Assembly: GCA_963788655.1 (NCBI GenBank)
Contig: CAWBHS010000057.1
Span: 296,469-360,468 of the forward strand
Origin: an uncultured Verrucomicrobiae bacterium
Lineage (GTDB): Bacteria; Verrucomicrobiota; Verrucomicrobiia; Limisphaerales; JAFGQR01
Length of the DNA stretch: 64,000 nucleotides
Direction: 5' to 3'
Each line of letters begins with the position of its first letter. Position 1 is the first letter of the stretch. Positions 1-9,596 of this stretch are shown here, one piece after another. The notes under the pieces are model-generated. The model ran no database searches. It was not told the origin of the DNA and was given only the letters and a program-made list of their open reading frames with translations. Made by a program: the position numbers and the translations under genes.

Positions 1-4
1 GCCG

Positions 5-610
5 TTGCTGCCACGGTTGAACCGCTACAAACCGATTGAAAGCACTGAGAAGGTTCACTTCAAGACAGTGAAGCCGGTGCAAGTCACGGGAGCCAGCCAC
101 CTGAACTTTGTCGCGTGCGACACCAACTCATGGGAGCAAGCGGCCACATTCCAACTCGAAAAGCTGGCGAAAGAGGGTGTGGTCTATTGCTACGCCCGTA
201 ACGACCGTCTGGAGTTTAACATTCCTTACGAGCTTTACGGGAATCCCCAAGTGTATGAACCGGACTTCATTGTCCGACTTCGCAACTCTGTGAGTGTGGT
301 GACCGAAATCAAAGGCAAGTCATACGAAGACACAGATGCCAAGCATCAGGCGGCGCGACGGTGGGTCGCAGCAGTGAATCATTGGGGCAGGCTTGGCGAG
401 TGGGACTTCATGGTCTGCCGCGAGCCGCAACGATTGTCCGACGAGTTTGCGAAGCTCGTAACCTCACGAAACGAACGCATCCGCGCCGTGGCCGCGGAGT
501 TGAAAACACAGGCCGAAGGTGAGGTTGGGCGGCTGCGCTCCCTCGGATGGACACAGGCAGACTTTGCGCGAGCGCTCAAGGAATTGCTGGAAACCAAGGG
601 GGGGCTGTAA
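5..610 (+). CDS. res: Type III restriction enzyme Res subunit, C-terminal nuclease domain (5' partial)
   Basis: YARND-x-L-x-F-x-IPY, YEPDFIVRL...EIKG (PD-(D/E)xK) and KHQAARRWVAAVNHWGRLGEW are typical of the type III Res C-terminus. Confidence 0.75.
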   Translation: MLPRLNRYKPIESTEKVHFKTVKPVQVTGASHLNFVACDTNSWEQAATFQLEKLAKEGVVYCYARNDRLEFNIPYELYGNPQVYEPDFIVRLRNSVSVVTEIKGKSYEDTDAKHQAARRWVAAVNHWGRLGEWDFMVCREPQRLSDEFAKLVTSRNERIRAVAAELKTQAEGEVGRLRSLGWTQADFARALKELLETKGGL

Positions 611-612
611 TC

Positions 613-1059
613 ATGCCAAACCAGAACTATCGCGTGGTCCTGGACACAAATGAAGTGGTTGGCGCTGGAACAGGCTGGTTGGATCATGGTGTTCCGGTTC
701 CAGACAAGAACTCGCACCGTCGCGTTTTGATCCGGGTTGCGGAGTCGCACACCGGACTCTACAGCGGCAAAATCGTGGGCGAATATTTGGAGAAGCTCGT
801 GGACCTCGGGCATCCGAAGGAGCGAGCGGTGAAGATGATCACCTACCTCATGGGAGCCTTCAGCCCGGTGAAGATCGTTTCCAAGTCTGCGCCCGTTCCT
901 CCCGCCGATCCCGATGACGAAGTTGTTCTGCTCTGCGCAATTGACGGCAATGCCGATTACCTCGTCTCCAAGGACAAACACCTGACAGACATCAAAGGTA
1001 GTTACACCAAGCCGGTGATTGGACGAAGTGGCGAGTTGTCTGGGGCTTTGGGAGCGTGA
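613..1059 (+). CDS. PIN-domain protein (putative toxin, PIN_3-like)
   Basis: N-terminal RVVLDTN and C-terminal DPDDEVVLLCAIDGNADYLVSKDKHL; ATG 2 nt after the res stop. Confidence 0.8.
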   Translation: MPNQNYRVVLDTNEVVGAGTGWLDHGVPVPDKNSHRRVLIRVAESHTGLYSGKIVGEYLEKLVDLGHPKERAVKMITYLMGAFSPVKIVSKSAPVPPADPDDEVVLLCAIDGNADYLVSKDKHLTDIKGSYTKPVIGRSGELSGALGA

Positions 1060-1086
1060 ATCATTGACAGATTCCCCTTCGGGTCG

Positions 1087-1210
1087 CGGTTGCGCGTGAT
1101 TGATTGGGAGCAGCCGGCGAACAATGATTTCCTGCAGGTCAGCCAGTTCAGCGTCACCGGGGCGCTCTACACCTGCCGGCCGGATCTGGTCGGTTTCGTC
1201 AACGGCCTGT
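1087..1210 (+). pseudogene. hsdR: Fragment of type I restriction subunit HsdR (N-terminal domain)
   Basis: RLRVIDWEQPANNDFLQVSQFSVTGALYTCRPDLVGFVNGL is the conserved HsdR_N segment; it has no start and breaks off abruptly. Confidence 0.75.
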
Positions 1211-2156
1211 CGCAGGTGGTCAGCCGACGTTGCCGCGTTTTACTCTTTCCTGCGGTGACTTCAATGTGGCCGGCCACGCGCCACACGTCCGCCCAATCCA
1301 GTCGAAGCAATTCCGATGTCCGCAGTCCGGCCAAACCACCGATGGCAAGCATCGCCTGCATGGAGCCATGGGCCGCTTGCAACAAGTCTTGAAATTCACT
1401 TGGCTGGTAGAACTGGACTTCGGCGGTGTTGGCGCGTTCCGGACGCATCGCTTCGGCTTCGTTCAAGCGGTGCGTCGGCGGCAGGTAGTCTTTGCGAATA
1501 GCCCATTGATGGAATTGCCGGATGGCCGCGCGGTAATGGTTGCGGCTCTTCGCGGAAAAATCACTGAGCGTGCCAATGAAGGCGTCTAAATGTTCCTTGC
1601 CCAGGTCGCAGACGGCGGTGTTAGGGAACGTGTCGGCGAATTTACGGAGCTGGATTTCCCGATTGTAGGCATATTTTGAGGAGAGTTGCGCCCGCTGACC
1701 GTTGGTAGCACGGGTTCTGGGTGCGATGGAACCTAGAAACTCCGTCACGGCTTCGTTGATGTCTTTGCGCCCGACATTGGCAACCGTGCGCAGATAGCCG
1801 GTGACGGCCTCGCCCAGCGTACGCCCGCCCAGTTTGACCGCCGCCTCGGCAAACTCAGAAACAGCAGCCAATAGGGAGACGCGACGCCCAGTGGACTGGT
1901 AGAAGCCTTGCAGCCGTTCAAATGCGGCAAGGGCGTCGCGGGACTGAGAGGCGGTGAGGGCGACCGCTTGCGAGCCCTTAGCCAATTCGCGCACGGCCCG
2001 CTCGGCGGCTGCGCGGGCTTCCGAATAGGCAGCGAAAGTTTGCATCCGGCGTTTGCCTGCAACGCTATAAGCGACCCGGTAGTAATTGAACTTTCCGCTT
2101 CGAGCGTAGATTTTCGCCTGGCTATTGCGATGGCGGATGGTGACGGGAAACTTCAC
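1167..2156 (-). pseudogene. Tyrosine recombinase/integrase, C-terminally truncated
   Basis: GTG start at 2156. Contains AGLRTSELLRLDW (catalytic Arg box) and KSKTRQRR (Lys) but no HxxR or Tyr; similarity ends at ~1220 against the hsdR fragment. Confidence 0.8.
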
Positions 2157-2179
2157 TCGACGGTCAGAAGTTCGGGGTG

Positions 2180-2201
2180 AATTCTGTGCAAATTCTGTGC
2201 A
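2180..2201. repeat. Tandem 11-bp direct repeat AATTCTGTGCA x2; candidate integrase arm-binding sites
   Basis: Exact tandem copies at 2180-2190 and 2191-2201, between the tRNA 3' end and the integrase start. Confidence 0.55.
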
Positions 2202-2237
2202 AGATTGTTGAGGATTACCGTTATCCTCAGTGTTTTT

Positions 2238-2322
2238 TGGTGCGCATAGCAGGACTTGAACCTGCACGGGTTTCCCCACTACCACCTCAAAGTAGCGCGT
2301 CTGCCAATTCCGCCATATGCGC
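2238..2322 (-). tRNA. tRNA-Leu(GAG)
   Basis: Acceptor stem GCGCATA/TATGCGC plus ACCA; D arm TGGCGGAATTGGCAGACGCG; anticodon arm CTACT-TTGAGGT-GGTAG; long variable arm; T arm GCAGGTTCAAGTCCTGC. Confidence 0.97.
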
Positions 2323-2508
2323 AAGCTGCGGCGCTTAATGAACCAACCCAAACCGGAATCTGCAAGCCCGAAATATCGGTCCGTCCCCGGCAATTGACCG
2401 GAGGCCCTCGAGGTCGAGGCGGCCCGGCCAAGAGGTGACTGCCGCGGCCGCCGATTTTGTCGCAGATTTGCTATGGCGTTTTGGGCGGCGCCTGCTTATT
2501 CTTTGGGC

Positions 2509-3900
2509 ATGCCAGAAAAGAAAATGAACCAGATCCCGCGGGATTTGCGGGAGCTTTTTCAGAAGGGCATGGCAGCGTTGCAGCGGCAAAACTACGATTA
2601 TGCCATTGCCATTTTTAATCAGGTGCTGACCCGCGAGCCGGGGTTTTTCGACTGCCGGCAAAGTCTGCGGGCGACCCAGTTCAAAAAAGCCGGCGGCGGC
2701 ACGACCTTTTTCAAGAAAATGTTCGGCGGCGCCAATCCCAATCTCGCCAAAGCCAAGCTGGTGATGCAGAAAGATCCGGCCGAAGCCATGGCCGTCCTCG
2801 AACAGGTGCTCAACAGTGATCCGCCCAACACGGGAGCCCACAAAATGATGGCCGACGCCGCGTTGGCTGCGGGTTTTCCGCTCACCGCCTGTTTGTCGCT
2901 GGAGATCCTGTTGAAAGGCTCCAACAAAGACTTCGATTTGGCCATGCAATACGGCGCGGCGCTGCGGGCCAGCGGGCAAATTGAAAAGGCCGAAACGGTT
3001 TATACGGACCTGGCCCGGCAGTATCCCAACAAGGGCGAAGTGACCCAGGCGCTCAAAGATCTTTCCGCCAAGCGCACGTTGCAGGAAGGCGGTTATGACG
3101 CCCTGTCCGACGGTTCCGGTTCCTATCGCGACATCTTGAAAAACAAGGAGGAAGCCATCGCCCTGGAACAAGAAAAACGCGAAGTCAAAACCGAGGACGT
3201 GGCCAACCGGTTGATCCAGGAATATGAAACGCGATTGGCCACCGAACCCGGCAACGTCAAGCTGATGCGCAACGTGGCCGAGCTTTACGCGCAAAAACAG
3301 GACTTCAACCGGTCCCTTGAGTATTATGAAAAGATCCGGTCCACAGCCAGCGGCGCGGACGCGTCCCTCGAAAAGGCGATTGCGGAAACCACGTTGCGTA
3401 AATTCGATTACGAGGTCGAACAGCTTGATCCCAACGCGCCCGACTATGACGCCCAAGTGGCCCAACTTCAGGCGCAGCGAACCGAGTTTCAACTCCGCGA
3501 ATGCCAGGCCCGGGCCGAAAAATATCCCACCGACCTGCAAATTCGGTTCGAACTGGGTCGGTTGCTATTTGATGCCGGCAAAATCAGCGATGCGATCCAG
3601 GAATTGCAGAAAGCCCAGGCCAATCCCCAACGTCGCTTGCAAGCGATGAGTTTGCTGGCGCAGTGTTTTGCCAAACGCGGCATGAACGATATGGCCGCTC
3701 GGAAATTCCAAGAAGCCTTGAAAGAAAAACTGGTCTTCGACGAAGAGAAGAAGGAACTGATCTATAATCTGGGCTGTGTGTACCAGAAGACCGGCAAAGC
3801 CGAGGAAGCCATCGAGCAGTTCAAACAAATCTACGAAGTGGACATCGGCTACAAGGACGTTGGCGCGAAAGTCGATGCCTATTATTCGAGCCAGGGTTGA
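2509..3900 (+). CDS. Tetratricopeptide repeat protein
   Basis: Multiple TPR-like helical repeats (ELFQKGMAALQRQNYDYAIAIF; YNLGCVYQKTGKAEEAIEQFKQIY). Confidence 0.85.
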   Translation: MPEKKMNQIPRDLRELFQKGMAALQRQNYDYAIAIFNQVLTREPGFFDCRQSLRATQFKKAGGGTTFFKKMFGGANPNLAKAKLVMQKDPAEAMAVLEQVLNSDPPNTGAHKMMADAALAAGFPLTACLSLEILLKGSNKDFDLAMQYGAALRASGQIEKAETVYTDLARQYPNKGEVTQALKDLSAKRTLQEGGYDALSDGSGSYRDILKNKEEAIALEQEKREVKTEDVANRLIQEYETRLATEPGNVKLMRNVAELYAQKQDFNRSLEYYEKIRSTASGADASLEKAIAETTLRKFDYEVEQLDPNAPDYDAQVAQLQAQRTEFQLRECQARAEKYPTDLQIRFELGRLLFDAGKISDAIQELQKAQANPQRRLQAMSLLAQCFAKRGMNDMAARKFQEALKEKLVFDEEKKELIYNLGCVYQKTGKAEEAIEQFKQIYEVDIGYKDVGAKVDAYYSSQG

Positions 3901-3905
3901 CCATC

Positions 3906-4832
3906 TTACTTGTCGCGCTGCAACAAATAGGTGGCCAGCGCTTCGAGCGCCTGCGCTTTTCCGCGAAAAACTTTCAAAGCTTGAAACGCCCGTCCAGTCA
4001 ATTGATGGGCAATCTGGCGCGATTTCTCCAATCCCAGGATTGCCGGATAGGTGGCTTTGCGGGCGGCCGTGTCTTTGCCCGCGGTCTTGCCCAATTGTTC
4101 GCTGGTTTGGGTGACATCCAGGATGTCGTCGATGACCTGGAACGCCAATCCGACGTGATAGCCGAAATCCGCGAGCGCCTTCAGTTGGGCGGGCGGGCAA
4201 TTGGCGCTCATGCCGCCCAGTTTAACGGAACAGCCGAGCAAGGCGGACGTTTTACGCTCGTGAATGTAACGCAGTTCCGGCACGGACAGCGACCGGCCTT
4301 CCCCTTCCAAATCCGCCACCTGGCCCGCCACCAGTTGCCGCGAGCCAGCCGCCCGGGCCAATTCGAGGATGATTTGCTGATGCGAATACCGGCGGTTACT
4401 CCGGCATTGGGCGGCGATCTCGAAGGCTTGGGTGAGCAATCCGTCGCCGGCCAGGATGGCGATGCCTTCGCCGAACACCTTGTGGTTGGTGGGTTTGCCC
4501 CGGCGGAAATCATCATTGTCCATCGCGGGCAAATCGTCGTGGATGAGGGAATAGGTATGAATGCATTCCACCGCGCACGCCAGCGGCAGGGCGTCTTCTT
4601 CCCGCCCGCCGCAGGCCTGCGCGGCCGCCAGACAAAGCGCCGGCCGCATGCGTTTGCCACCGGCAAACAGCGAATACCGCATGGCCTTATGAATGGTGGG
4701 GGGCCGCGCGCTCGCCTTGGGCAGGAAGCGGTCCAAAGCCTGGTTGACCGTCTTCATCCGCGATTCCAGATAGTCGGCCAGGTTGAATAACCGGGCGGTG
4801 GGCGCCTTAGCGCCTTTGTTAGTGGCTGCCAT
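3906..4832 (-). CDS. ispA: Polyprenyl (farnesyl/geranylgeranyl) diphosphate synthase
   Basis: GGKRMRP, SLIHDDLPAMDNDDFRRGKPT (FARM), FQVIDDILD (SARM), GKTAGKD. Confidence 0.95.
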   Translation of the reverse strand: MAATNKGAKAPTARLFNLADYLESRMKTVNQALDRFLPKASARPPTIHKAMRYSLFAGGKRMRPALCLAAAQACGGREEDALPLACAVECIHTYSLIHDDLPAMDNDDFRRGKPTNHKVFGEGIAILAGDGLLTQAFEIAAQCRSNRRYSHQQIILELARAAGSRQLVAGQVADLEGEGRSLSVPELRYIHERKTSALLGCSVKLGGMSANCPPAQLKALADFGYHVGLAFQVIDDILDVTQTSEQLGKTAGKDTAARKATYPAILGLEKSRQIAHQLTGRAFQALKVFRGKAQALEALATYLLQRDK

Positions 4833-4952
4833 GGCCAGGGTTGTATGAAAAGAACCGCCGCCAGCGCAAGTGCAGATTGGTGAATTTTTCTATTGCGTTC
4901 ACGGGCAGGCCCATTAGTTTAACCCGCTTTGATTTATTGATTTGAGAAACTT

Positions 4953-5216
4953 GTGAACGCAGAACTTTGCAGACTAGCATTGGCGAAAGTGGGCAACCCC
5001 AATACGCTCATCAACTTGGTTTCCCGGCGCGTCCGCCAACTGACCGCCGGCGGTGGCGGGATCAGCCGGCCGTTGGTGGAGGACACCACCCACATGGGCG
5101 CGGCCGATATCGCCTTGCGTGAATTGATCGAGGACAAGATGAGCTGGGAAACGCTGGAAGAATTGCAATTGCTGGAGGCCGCGACGCCGAAGCGGCGGCG
5201 CAAATCCGCCTCCTAA
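4953..5216 (+). CDS. rpoZ: DNA-directed RNA polymerase subunit omega
   Basis: 87 aa; LINLVSRRVRQL...DIALRELIE matches the omega pattern; lies upstream of smpB. Confidence 0.75.
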   Translation: MNAELCRLALAKVGNPNTLINLVSRRVRQLTAGGGGISRPLVEDTTHMGAADIALRELIEDKMSWETLEELQLLEAATPKRRRKSAS

Positions 5217-5241
5217 CGTTCGCAGCCAATTTCACGAACCG

Positions 5242-5267
5242 CAGCCAGAAGGGCTTCCTTCTGGCTG
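5242..5267 (+). terminator. 11-bp stem-loop between rpoZ and smpB (possible terminator or processing site)
   Basis: CAGCCAGAAGG-gctt-CCTTCTGGCTG, followed by only a weak T tract. Confidence 0.35.
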
Positions 5268-5276
5268 GTTCTATTT

Positions 5277-5735
5277 ATGGCCGAAATTGCTAAAAACGCG
5301 AAGGCGCGCCGCGACTATCACATCCTTGATACCTTTGAGGCGGGCATCGTCTTGAAAGGTACCGAAGTCAAATCGTTGCGCGGTGGGCACGGTCAGATTC
5401 GGGACGCGTACGCCACGGTGGATGGCGAAGGGGAACTGTGGCTGCACAACGCGCACATTGACGAATACAGTTTCGGCAACTGGCAAAACCACCAGCCCAA
5501 AGCCCCGCGCAAACTGCTGCTGCACAAAAGCGAGATTCGCAAACTCTTTGGTCTGGCCTCGGTGAAGGGCCACGCCATTGTGCCGCTCTCCATGTATTGG
5601 AAAAACGGCAAAGTCAAAGTCTTGCTGGGCGTTGGCAAAGGCAAGGCCGAATACGACAAACGCGAAGCCATCAAACGCCGGGACGCTGACAAGCAATTGC
5701 GCCAAGTAACGATGCACCGGCTCAAGCGGGGGTGA
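5277..5735 (+). CDS. smpB: SsrA-binding protein SmpB
   Basis: EAGIVLKGTEVKSLR, RKLLLHKSEI, GKGKAEYDKRE. Confidence 0.97.
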   Translation: MAEIAKNAKARRDYHILDTFEAGIVLKGTEVKSLRGGHGQIRDAYATVDGEGELWLHNAHIDEYSFGNWQNHQPKAPRKLLLHKSEIRKLFGLASVKGHAIVPLSMYWKNGKVKVLLGVGKGKAEYDKREAIKRRDADKQLRQVTMHRLKRG

Positions 5736-5794
5736 AGCGGCAGCAAACCCGAAATCCGAAAGCTGAGTCCGAAGTGCCCCGGCGCTGCTATTAA

Positions 5795-5940
5795 CACTAC
5801 CGCGACACTTTCACCGATAGGCGCGCGGCCTTTAGGCCGCTTCAAGCACCCAAGGCCAATCAGCGGCTTGCGGGATAGGACGGTGAAGCGGCGTAAACGC
5901 CGCGCTCCTGCCGCGATTCGCCGGAACTTTCGCTGTAGTG
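5795..5940. mobile_element. 146-bp MITE, copy 1 (CACTAC...GTAGTG ends, TTAA target duplication)
   Basis: Imperfect ~25-bp terminal inverted repeats; TTAA on both sides; near-identical copies at 15150 and 42243. Confidence 0.85.
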
Positions 5941-5984
5941 TTAAATCTCGGATTTCGGGTTTCTTTCGGCCTTCGGATTCTGCC

Positions 5985-8353
5985 TCACTGCTTCGGCCAA
6001 TTCAGATGCCGGCGGAGAAAGTCGAACGTGCCGACACCATGGATCGTGTGCGGTCCGTCGAAGAACTCGATATCGGTGCGGTCGGTAATGCCCAGTTGCG
6101 CATAGAACGCGCCGCACTTTGGCAAATTCGTAAGCCACCCATTCGTCCGGCGCCACGCCGTCATGATGACCGCGTTCGACCATGAACGGCCGCGGCGCAA
6201 TCAACGCCGCCATCTCCGCGTAGTTGAACGTGTGGCCCAGGTCGAATTCCGGCATCTCGTATTCGCCAGTGAACAGGTAGCTGTAAGGCGAAGTCCACGG
6301 TGGCGTTCTTCGTCATCCATTCATTGAAATCCCCAGAACAAATCGAGAGGCAATAGCGGTCCAACACGGCCGGCACGCGCATGGCCGTTTTGCCGCCGTA
6401 CGACAGACCCGTAGAAGGCAATGCGTTGCGGATCGACAAACGGTTGTTCGGCTCAGCCAGTCCAGAATGCGTTCGTGCTGGGCGATGATGACGGAGAACA
6501 ATGATTTCTTCAGCGGATTGGCTTTGCGTTGGAGTACCCGGAACGCGTCGTTGCCACGATACGGATTATGGGGCGCGAACACAATATAACCGCGCTCGGC
6601 CAGGCGCGCCGCAAAAGCCTGGTAAGCCCGATAAGCCGCCGGCGTTCGGATCGTCCGTGATGGTGTCATACGGCAGCCCTTCCAGCCCATGCTGACACAC
6701 CACCACCGGACGGCGTTCTCCCGGTTGCAGATCCTTGGGCAACAGCAGCACCCCCCAGGCAAACACATCCGGCCAGACATCGAGCACGACATCGTAACCC
6801 CGCCACGATGGCTGGTCGTAAACCAGGCGGGTTCGCGCATTGGCCGGCAGGGAAGCGGGTGGAAAACGCCCAATGACGTCTTCCCAGAACTTGGTTTTCC
6901 AAGCCGCAACCGCGGTCTGCCAATCCGCTGCCGAAGTGGCATTGATATGCCGCCAGAACTTCTGATCGCGAGTTTGTTCGCACCAAGCCAACAAGCGTTG
7001 AGTGTGGTCCACCAGTTCCGTTACCTGCCGGTGCTGGCGTTCATCGGGATCAAATCCCTGACGCAGATCAACCGGGGCTTTGCCGTTGGGAACGAGGTCG
7101 CGAGTGGGCACTTTAAGTGCCGCCAACAAAGACCGCAGCGCCGGCGCTGACCCCGGCCCCATGACCACACCTTCGTTGCCATAAACAAAATCAACGAACG
7201 AATCGACCAGCGGTTGCACCAAACGGTTCGCGCGTTTGACCTCGATTTCGGCACGACTAAAGTCCGGCGTTGTCCACTTGCCCGGCGCGGCCCCGCGGCG
7301 GCCGCCTTGGGGAGCAGGCGGACCTTCGATATCCGGCGCCTGACTATATTCCACGATCAGCGAACGCGGGGCAATCAGGCTGGCAATTTCCGCATCCCCA
7401 AACTCGCGCAACAAGCCAAACACATTTCGGTAGATCGGTTCTTCCCAGACGCGCTGGCGCGAGTCGAAGTAACCGCTGACCACTGTGGCATCGATACGCG
7501 GATCGAGCGCCGCGGCGTAGAATCCGATCAGAGCCCCTTCCCCGTAGCCGGCTACGCCAATCTTGGGATGCCGCGCCGCGGACGGGCCACCTTCGGAACC
7601 GCCACGGGCAAACCAGTCCACCGCCGCCAGGACTTTTTGCACTTCGTAGCCAATGATGTGGCGCCCCAGTTCGTACGCCTGACGATAAATCCATTCGCGG
7701 TGCGGCTGATTGGTGAAGCGGCCAATTCGGGCGGTCCCCGACCAAGTATCCCGGCGGTCCACCAGGGTGAGCACCAGGACTTCGCAGCCATTTTCGGCCA
7801 ACCGGCGGGCAAACTGTTTTTCGCTGGGAACACCCAGCGCCAGGCCGGAAATCATTTCCGGCGTTTGATCGGCATCGGGAATGGCCACCACGTCGGCAAC
7901 CGCCTCGGTTTTGGGCTTGAGCCACAAGCCTTCGCCATAAACTCCCGCGAACACTGGCCACCGCACGGCATAGACCACGTATTGATCTGCCTCGGCCACC
8001 TTGGCGGACGTGATCGTGCTGTTGACATATTCCAAGGCCGGAACCGGCACGCACGAGTCCACCGCGCCAATGATGGTGCGCAGATGCTCGCGATTGGGTT
8101 CAACGGACTTTTCATAAGCTGCGCGTGAGGAAAAATCCCGATGCCACAAGTTCGTTCGCTCGTCGATGGACCGTTCGAGCTCGCGCATGAGGAAGCGGTC
8201 AATGCCGGCAACCATGCGGGCGGATAGATCGCCCTGCCAATCGAGGGGTTGCGTACCGGCGAGCGGAGCGTTGGCCGGTCCCTGGGCGCCAAGCGATAGC
8301 GGGGCCAACCCAGCCACGAGCGCAACCGTTTGGAGATAGCGTTTCAGTTGCAT
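5985..8353 (-). CDS. Secreted double alpha/beta-hydrolase (dienelactone hydrolase-like); several frameshifts
   Basis: Signal peptide, IGVAGYGEGA, VVCQHGLEG, GLSYGGKTA and C-terminal FDGPHTIHG, spread over five overlapping ORFs (6566-8419, 6313-6942, 6161-6439, 5941-6255, 5985-6200). Confidence 0.75.
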
Positions 8354-8536
8354 GCAGTGTTCATGCAGGCTAGGCAGGAAGCGCCGGCACGTCGAGCGTG
8401 GATTATGGTGCGGTGGCATTTGTGTCGGTGCGAATCAAAGACCAACGATTGAGCCGGATCCGAAGCCCAGACATGAATGGGGCTTGTGTTTCCAGAAAAG
8501 TGTTTGTTCCGAGCGCCGAGTTTTGGATGGCTCCCT

Positions 8537-8609
8537 TTCACCGCCAAGGCACGAAGGGCGCAAAGGATATTGGCAAGCACCTTTGCGCCCTTCGTGCCTT
8601 GGCGGTGAA
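8537..8609. repeat. Perfect 30-bp inverted repeat (REP-like hairpin)
   Basis: TTCACCGCCAAGGCACGAAGGGCGCAAAGG, a 13-nt loop, then the exact reverse complement. Confidence 0.85.
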
Positions 8610-8717
8610 TCAGACCATCCGCCCGCAGTCGTAACGGTCCAAGCCGATCTTCGCGTCACCGGGAGGTGCGGCTTGCTTTCCCGTGGATCATCACGGTTGG
8701 AGAACTTGAGCACGCTG

Positions 8718-8740
8718 CCGCCTGAAGGCGGGACTCCAAA
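8718..8740 (-). repeat. GGAGTCCCGCCTTCAGGCGG-type REP
   Basis: Same motif as at 54522-54543 and, as a variant, 54608-54629. Confidence 0.7.
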
Positions 8741-8768
8741 CCGAGCAGGGCTCAAACTGCGCGACCAA

Positions 8769-9527
8769 TCACTCGCGCGCCCGCAGCGTGCGGAGGCGGT
8801 CGCGGAGGGTGGCGGCCCGTTCGAATTCCTGGGTGGAGATCGCCTGTTCAAGCTCCTTTTCCAAACGCTCGAGCTCGGTCAGTGGGCGGGTTTGTTCGAG
8901 CTGGGTGGCCAATTCTTTGAGCGCCGTCAGGGATCGTTGGTTTTCAAAGCAAAACGTCTCGTCATCCAACTCGGGTAAATGTTCGATGTCGCAAACAGCT
9001 TCCCGGATGATGGATTGGGCGGCGGCGTAACGTTGCTCGTTCAGCTCGATCATGGCCCGCGCAATGGCGTTCATCCGCAGCAGATAGGGCCGCCACCGTT
9101 CGAGATACTCCTGATCGTCTTCCTGGGAGGCATACCGATGGACGAAATCAAACACGCGGAGATTGCGCGCCGTGTCGCGCTCGGTCAGCGCCCATTCCTT
9201 GAGCTGAAACAACTGCAGATAGCGATAGTAGTAAAGTGTTCCCTCTTGAAACAACTCCTCGCAGTCCGTCGGATTGAGTTCGAACAGTTCCTCCTTGCCC
9301 GCAGCCCGGACTTGCTTCAATCGCTCGAGGTGATGATCCAGCAGCGATTCGCAACCGTGGGGCTTGAGGCCATCGGGCCGACCGTCCAATTCATATTGTT
9401 CAAGTCCCATCGGCAGCCGCACTTGCACTACCCAGCGCCCGCCGGCCAATTGCACGAGACGCGCATCGTCGTCCGGGTCATAAGGCCAGGAATCCAGCAA
9501 CTCGCGGAGGTCGGTCGATTGGCTCAC
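8769..9527 (-). CDS. UvrB/UvrC-motif-containing protein
   Basis: C-terminal LEKELEQAISTQEFERAATLRDRLR (UVR motif); N-terminal QVRLPMGLEQYELDGRPDG. Confidence 0.85.
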   Translation of the reverse strand: MSQSTDLRELLDSWPYDPDDDARLVQLAGGRWVVQVRLPMGLEQYELDGRPDGLKPHGCESLLDHHLERLKQVRAAGKEELFELNPTDCEELFQEGTLYYYRYLQLFQLKEWALTERDTARNLRVFDFVHRYASQEDDQEYLERWRPYLLRMNAIARAMIELNEQRYAAAQSIIREAVCDIEHLPELDDETFCFENQRSLTALKELATQLEQTRPLTELERLEKELEQAISTQEFERAATLRDRLRTLRARE

Positions 9528-9596
9528 GGGATCAACTCAACGGATCACAAATCACGGCGAACATGGTTCACGCAACCAGCCAGCAGGCTCCCGCTT

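Larger units (their letters stand above)
1..2237. mobile_element. Right end of a genomic (defence) island integrated at the 3' end of tRNA-Leu(GAG); extends beyond the window start
   Basis: Tyrosine integrase starts ~80 bp downstream of the tRNA CCA end; RM and PIN cargo lie to the left. The second att copy is not in the window. Confidence 0.7.

Noticed and set aside
2157..2393. N-terminal extension of the integrase ORF to 2393
   Set aside because: It runs through tRNA-Leu; the GTG at 2156 is the plausible start.
5736..5990. tmRNA (ssrA) next to smpB
   Set aside because: The region is explained by the MITE and hairpins; no tRNA-like GGGG...TCCACCA ends or tag peptide are found.
5868..6185. 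Small ORFs sharing RDRTVKRRKRRAPAAI (also 14802-15329 and 42121-42402) as a protein family
   Set aside because: The shared peptide is simply translation of the MITE.
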